The notes under the pieces were generated by a model. It had not been told where the DNA came from. It saw only the letters and a program-made list of their open reading frames with translations, and ran no database searches. DNA of 64,000 nt from Candidatus Latescibacterota bacterium (GTDB taxonomy: Bacteria; Latescibacterota; UBA2968; SICM01), in contig CBDCJO010000002.1 of assembly GCA_965217865.1 (NCBI GenBank), positions 2,240,001-2,304,000 of the forward strand, read 5' to 3'. This document shows, one piece after another, positions 58,435 through 64,000 of this stretch; position 1 is the first letter of the stretch; every line of letters starts with the position of its first letter. The position numbers and the translations under genes were made by a program.

Positions 58435-59029
58435 GGGGATTCCTCTGTTGATTGGTGGAATGGGTCGGAAGCTCAAGCGGCTCTGTGGGATGAAGACATC
58501 CGCATAGTTTACTCAGCGAGATATTCGACCCCGTACTTTCTGACCAACACATTCAATGCCTCGATCACGGACTCAAATCGCCTTTGGGTTCATCCATTTC
58601 AGCAAATTCGTTAAACGTCGAGCTTCCTTAGGGAGGCGATTCTGACACTCGGGGGGAACCTGATGACTCTCGACTCATTCGATCCTTCGCAGGCAAGAGG
58701 TGTTAAATGCAAGGCTCATTCTGTTACACCCCACTATAAACCAGGAAGATCTTGATTTTGGGGGGTCGTTGCACGGGAGAGGTTATAGATGCAGCTCCTT
58801 TTTCTCCCCGATTTGGTGCTGGTTTCCGCCCAATTGCTGAATACCGTATAGATTGGTTCGGGGCCTTGTAGCGCCTTTCCTGTTTTCCTTGACATCCGAC
58901 ATTTCCCGCGAAGCAGGTATTATCTGGGACGTAAAAATTGTTGAAGGTATGATCGTGAGGCCCCTGGGTAGGCATTCTGGGAGATTAATGCCATTTACAC
59001 AAAGAAATGTACGCTCTCAATTTTTTCCT

Positions 59030-62000
59030 TCAAGCATCGACGATGTGCTCTCGACCGGAATCCGCTTTTTGGGCGTATTCATCCCTGACCTGGTCCGACA
59101 GGGTCCGCCAGATCAAAAACTGCTTGCGAAGAAGCGTCAAAAACTGCCGGTTCGTCCGGATCCAGGCCTGCAACTCTCCGCTCATCCGATCCAACACCGT
59201 CTCGATCTCGTATATCCCATAACGACCCGTCGGCATCGCACGCAACACCGTCTCCTGGCTCACACCCATGTCGAACGGCGCAAGCCACGTCTGCATTTGG
59301 ATCGTATAAGACGGACCCTCCGGCGTCTCCTCCTCCCGGAAGCTCACACCCTCCGCGTAAAACTCCCCCAGCGAATAGCGGCTGTAAGCACGGAAATAGG
59401 TCGCCAAAAACGAAAACATACCCCGCACATCTCGACTCGAAACCGTAAACGGAAACTCGAACCGCCAGTGGTCCCCCTCCGGATCCGTCAACTCCCAACG
59501 ACGCATCACATCCGGAACCGCCATCTGTGAGGCCTTCTTCGAGGGATAAAGCGTCGAAAGCATCACCACACTCATCACCAGGCCCATCGCCATCACCGCA
59601 GACAACGACGAGTAGTTCAACGACAGCCCCTGCAACAATCCCGACTCGAAAAGAACCCGACCCACACCCTGTGCCACCAGATACCCCCCAACCGCTCCGA
59701 TCACCGCATACACGCACGACTCCGCCATAAACAACATCCCGATGTGGGACGGCGCCAAGCCCACCGCCGAGTAGACCCCGATGTCCCGAAAACGCTCATA
59801 CACGGCACCCATCATCGTGTTCAACACGATCAAGGCCGCAATCGCGATCGGAATCAGCAAGATCCCCAAACCCGAGACCGACGTCATGCCGTGAGAACTG
59901 AAGACAAACACCTCCGAAGGGCCGGACTCCTGCGGAATACTGCCGAACACCGTCAACTCCAGGCGCGATACGAAACTCTCAACCACCTTCCCAACGTCGA
60001 TGCCCTCGTCGAATCCGACCGCGACGGAACGGAGGTCACCCGTCCCTCCCCACCAGTTTCCGGTGCCCCCCATCTCCCGCATCATATGATACGGCAGGAA
60101 CAACACACGACCCGGGTTCAGGTGCTTGTAAACGTGGATCCCCACCGTCGATCCCGCAGTCCGGCCGGACTGCTGCTGTGCGGCTCGCTGAGAAGTCGCT
60201 CCCTGCTGAAGCTGCTCCGCGAGCACATCCTCCGGAACGACACCGAAATCAACCGGCGTCAACGGCGCCCCGTCAAGATCTTTCAACCCCTTCAACCGCT
60301 CCGAATCCATGATCCCCACCACCGCAAGCTCTCGACCGAACACTCGAACCGTCGACCGGCCAACATCCTCCCCCGTGAGACCAAGATCTCCTGCCATGCT
60401 GTCCGGTATCACGCACTCCGCGTTTCCCGCGAGCCAACGACCAGAAGAAAGACAACTGTCGATCCCCGTGATAAAACGCTCCTCCGGAACCATACCCACA
60501 ACAGACGCCGCCTCCACCGTCTGACCCCCCCCTGTATCTTCGTCGCCTGCGTATACCACGCCCGGGGAACGACCCGCCCGACGTCCCGAAACTCATCCGA
60601 CGTATACTCCAATACCGAGTCGTCAAGCTCCTTCCAGGCCCCATCCCGGATCATTGCGCCCGCCCGAAACGGACCCTCCGTCCATGGAATCCGCATGTGA
60701 CGAAGTACGAACTTCAACGACGTAAATGACATCACCGTGAACGTCAACAACAGGACCGTCAACAACGTCAAACTCGTCCGGAGCTTCCGACGACGCATGT
60801 TCGAAATCCCCAGCATAAACGCCACATAAAACGCACTCCCCCGCCCGATGTCCGTCCCGTGAGCCACCGCAGCATCCGTCCGCAACGCACGCATCTGTGC
60901 GCTGAATCGGGAGGAAATCACCTTCAACACGAGCGTCGCAAGTGCGAGTATCAAAAACGCGACCAGGACAAGAGCCGGATTTGCGAGAGAAAAAGCAGGA
61001 TGAACCACGCTCAGGCAAAACCACACAAAAAAGAAAAACCCGAAGAAACCCGCGATCTGCTTCCGGATGTCCGCAAACGCGAACACCAGACGCTCCGCGA
61101 AAAATGAACACGGGATCAGCATCGCCATAAAGAATACCACCCCGTGAATCACGTCGTTCTGTGTCTCCTTCACATCCGGATACGCCCGCGCCTCAGTCCC
61201 CTGGGCTGCTCGGGCGTTCTGGATAAATCCGCTCCACCGACGTTCCTTCAACGCTTCCTCCGCCTCCCTCAGATGGCCCCCCGCCTTGTCGTGAAGCGCC
61301 GTCAAACGGGTGTTCTCGATCCCGTAGGACAGAAGCTCCCGGATCCGGCCGTCGTCGACACGCCACATGTCACGCGCAGCTTTGTGCGACGTCTGTACGA
61401 ACGCTGACGGAACTTCCGTCAGGAATCCCGCCCCATCACCCCCCTCGGGGTCCGCATTGACCAGGAGAAATCGCACGCCGAACAGACCCGTCGAAAGCGT
61501 CAGCTTCACACGCTTACCCGGCTCCGTAAATACCACACCGATCGTCGGCTCCTCCTCACGATAAAAGGGGATCATCGTTTCGAAAAAATAACCGTAGTGA
61601 GCCGGGATCGAATTCCCCGCGTCCATGATCACGATGTCCGAAAGCCGCCCGAGCTGTCGGGGGTCCACCGTCTCGTAGAACGACGTCGGCACGCACCGGA
61701 ACAGCACCACAAGCGGCTTCGTAATCGCCCGGCTTATGCGCGCGGAGATCGGATAGATATCCCCACCCCGGTCCGGAGCGGACATGATGTCCCCCGACTC
61801 CGGGTCGAGCATAAAGGGATGCACCTCCATTTCGTACTCCCGGAACAGCCGGGTCACGCTGAACTCCCCGTTTTCGTCGGCGACCTCGATATAATCCCCA
61901 CGAACCCCTTTGTGGACCTTCGACTCACGGCCTGAACGGAGAACAACCACAGCCCCACCCATCTTGATGTCCGGGATGATGGCATAACGGGAAAACGCCT

Positions 62001-63538
62001 TCACCCGCCCCTCGATCGCCCATGCCGTATCGGTGAGATCAAGGTTGATGACATCGTCAAGGGCATCCTTATTGTTCAGGACCTGCTTCAGCATCCCCCC
62101 GAGGAACACGAGCTGCGTCCGGAGGTTGTCGAAATTGACCCCTTCGATCCGGTCCAGCGGGGAGTCTACACCCATGCGGGCGTCGTAGGAAGTGATCAAA
62201 GACAGCGCGGGAGTCCCGCACGCGAGCGCATACTCGCTCTCGATCGGAAGCGGACGGCCCGGGATCACCTTTGAAAAGGCCACATCGCTCTGGATGGAGG
62301 CGATCACGTTGGCGAACATGTCCTCGGGATCGCGTTCCATCTTCGTGGAAACGATCTCTGCGATCTTCGAAAGGCGTCTGCCCAGAGAGACTCCGAAGAA
62401 ATGCTTTTCCCGGGTGAATCCAGAGGCGCCCATGCGCTCCCTGGAGTCCCATACCGTAAGCCCGTCGTTGCCGCTCGACAGGTCCAGGCCCAGGAACAGC
62501 TTCGGAAACACAGGCTCGATTACGCTTTCTAAGAACGGTTCTTTCTTCCGGCTGTGACGCTGCATGTACGCATCGATCCCACGGAGGTTTTGGCAGTGAC
62601 CCGACGTCGCCAGAAACAGAACCGTCCGCGCAGGGGGATGCGCGCGAAGCATCTCCCCCAGTTCAAGCAAACCCGCGATACCGCAAGCCATCTCCGCCGC
62701 AGGCGCAAGGCTGGGCACAACCGACATCCCATCGTAATAGGCCGAGAGCATCACCTCCTGATCCCTCAGATCCGGATCCGATCCCGGAAACGTCCCCACA
62801 ACGTTGTAGCCCTCCCGGACCTCCCAGTCCATACGACCCTTCACCTCAACCTCTAAGTCTTCACCCGCAAGGCCCCTCAAACGCTCTCCCGCCTCGCGGT
62901 CCACGTAAAACCGCGGCATCGCAACCGGAACCTCGGCGAACTTGCCCTCCGCCTCGCCCGATGTCGTGCTTTCGGGCGCGATGAAAACGACCGCACCGGC
63001 CCCCGCTGTTGAAGTCCATCAAAACCACGTTCCCCGAGACATCATGTCCGTCGAAATCCGAAAACTCTCCGTCCCCCGCGTAGATCAGGCGGCCCCGGAC
63101 CCCCGGCGTCGTCGGCGTCCGAACCACGTTCGGCCAGACGCATCGGAGCGGGATCTCCTCCCCGGACTCCAAAAGCCGAAGGGACGCACCCTTGTCCACC
63201 GGCACCGTCACTTGAAACGGCTCCTGGTGAACGTCCTGCATCCCAAGCCGGAGAAACTCCGATTCCAGGAAGTCCGCCGACGCCTTGGCACCCGGATATC
63301 CCGTCACCCGCGAACCGACCGACGACAGACGGGCGACCGTGGAGCGGATCCGATCCACCGATACCTCAGGAAGAAAGACACCTCCTGTCGAGATCTCCTT
63401 GTCCTGCTTCCCCGACCCGATCGAAGACAATCCCCGGAAAAACTCGAGCAGGCCGAACATCGCGGCCACCAGGGCTGCAACAAGGACGAATGTGGAAAGG
63501 ACACGAAGAGGTGAAACAGAGGTGGTCATAGCAAACAT
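59030..63538 (-). pseudogene. Giant M28-peptidase-like / FtsX-like permease fusion protein split by two frameshifts
   Basis: Three overlapping ORFs: SRVTGYPG and PA-like domain; SAYYD, ATSGH, GLDLS; GISNMRRRKLRT; LNTMMGAVYER..DIGVYSAVGLAP; breaks at about 63000 and at the G8 run 60525-60532. Confidence 0.82.
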
Positions 63539-63710
63539 CGTTTCCTGTTTTTAAAGGCCTCAGCGAAGGTCTTTAACGAACCTAATCGAATCTTGTTTTG
63601 AGCTCTGTCGGAATGTTCTGCGCATCTGGACGAATTTGCGAATTTTTTAGGGGTGTCAAGAGTTTTGTGTAAACGGCCTTCTGCCCTAAGGAGGTTAGGC
63701 GGTTCCTCTT

Positions 63711-64000
63711 TTATGATTGGTCTTCGAGAGGTTGAAAAAGCGCTTCCTTGAGGATCTTGCCGGGCTTGAACCTCACCTTTCTCCGAGCCGGAATGTAAAT
63801 TGTCTCCCCAGTCTTGGGATTGCGGGCATTCGGCCTTGAATTCGTTTCCTTCACCTTCCATGCTCCAAATCCACGGATTTCAACCGTGTCCCCTCGAATT
63901 ATGGCCTCTCTCAACTCCTCGAAAAATGCATCCACCGCCTTTTTTGCACGGTTCTTGGGAAGGCCCAGATCATGGACAAGGCTGTTGGCCAGGTCAGCTT
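63711..64000 (-). CDS. HU/IHF family DNA-binding protein (5' end just outside window)
   Basis: Frame is open to the window end (ADLANSL...), VEIRGFG, ARNPKTGE...IP.R..V.FKPG. Confidence 0.95.
   Translation of the reverse strand, partial: ADLANSLVHDLGLPKNRAKKAVDAFFEELREAIIRGDTVEIRGFGAWKVKETNSRPNARNPKTGETIYIPARRKVRFKPGKILKEALFQPLEDQS

Overview
Bacterial chromosome window around the replication origin. The likely lineage is Candidatus Latescibacterota (FCB superphylum); this is inferred from a dockerin/EF-hand 'DFFLFAAAFG' protein, repeated 'RQLFxDD' beta-propeller proteins and a giant M28-FtsX protein. 1-12.8 kb: dnaA (partial)-oriC-dnaN-recF-dciA-gyrB-gyrA, an M16 peptidase and xerD. 12.8-27.8 kb: housekeeping and uronate genes (dut, eda, kdgK, fmt, yajC, tgt, rhomboid, archaeal-type glyA, oligogalacturonate lyase-like, thiI, rhodanese, MauE). 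27.8-30.5 kb: gene remnants (split REC/Fis-HTH regulator, fbp tail) and a DUF151 gene with a sigma54 promoter. 30.7-44.8 kb: ppk2, acs, a cluster of three paralogous beta-propeller hydrolase-like genes with an intact IS1182-family element (CTAG duplication) between them, ccmE and gltA. 45-54 kb: copper operon (Cys-rich leader ORF, copA, cusCBA-like). 54-59 kb: mosaic of a truncated low-GC gene behind an attI-like site, a 5'-truncated IS110 with a long, internally duplicated structured 3' RNA region, a truncated TIM-barrel gene and a VOC gene. 59-64 kb: a frameshifted giant M28/FtsX fusion and a partial HU/IHF gene. The most unusual non-coding signals are the IS110 two-domain bridge-RNA-like region, dispersed mosaic heptamer arrays and a recurrent 24-bp palindrome family. 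No rRNA, tRNA or CRISPR array was recognised.
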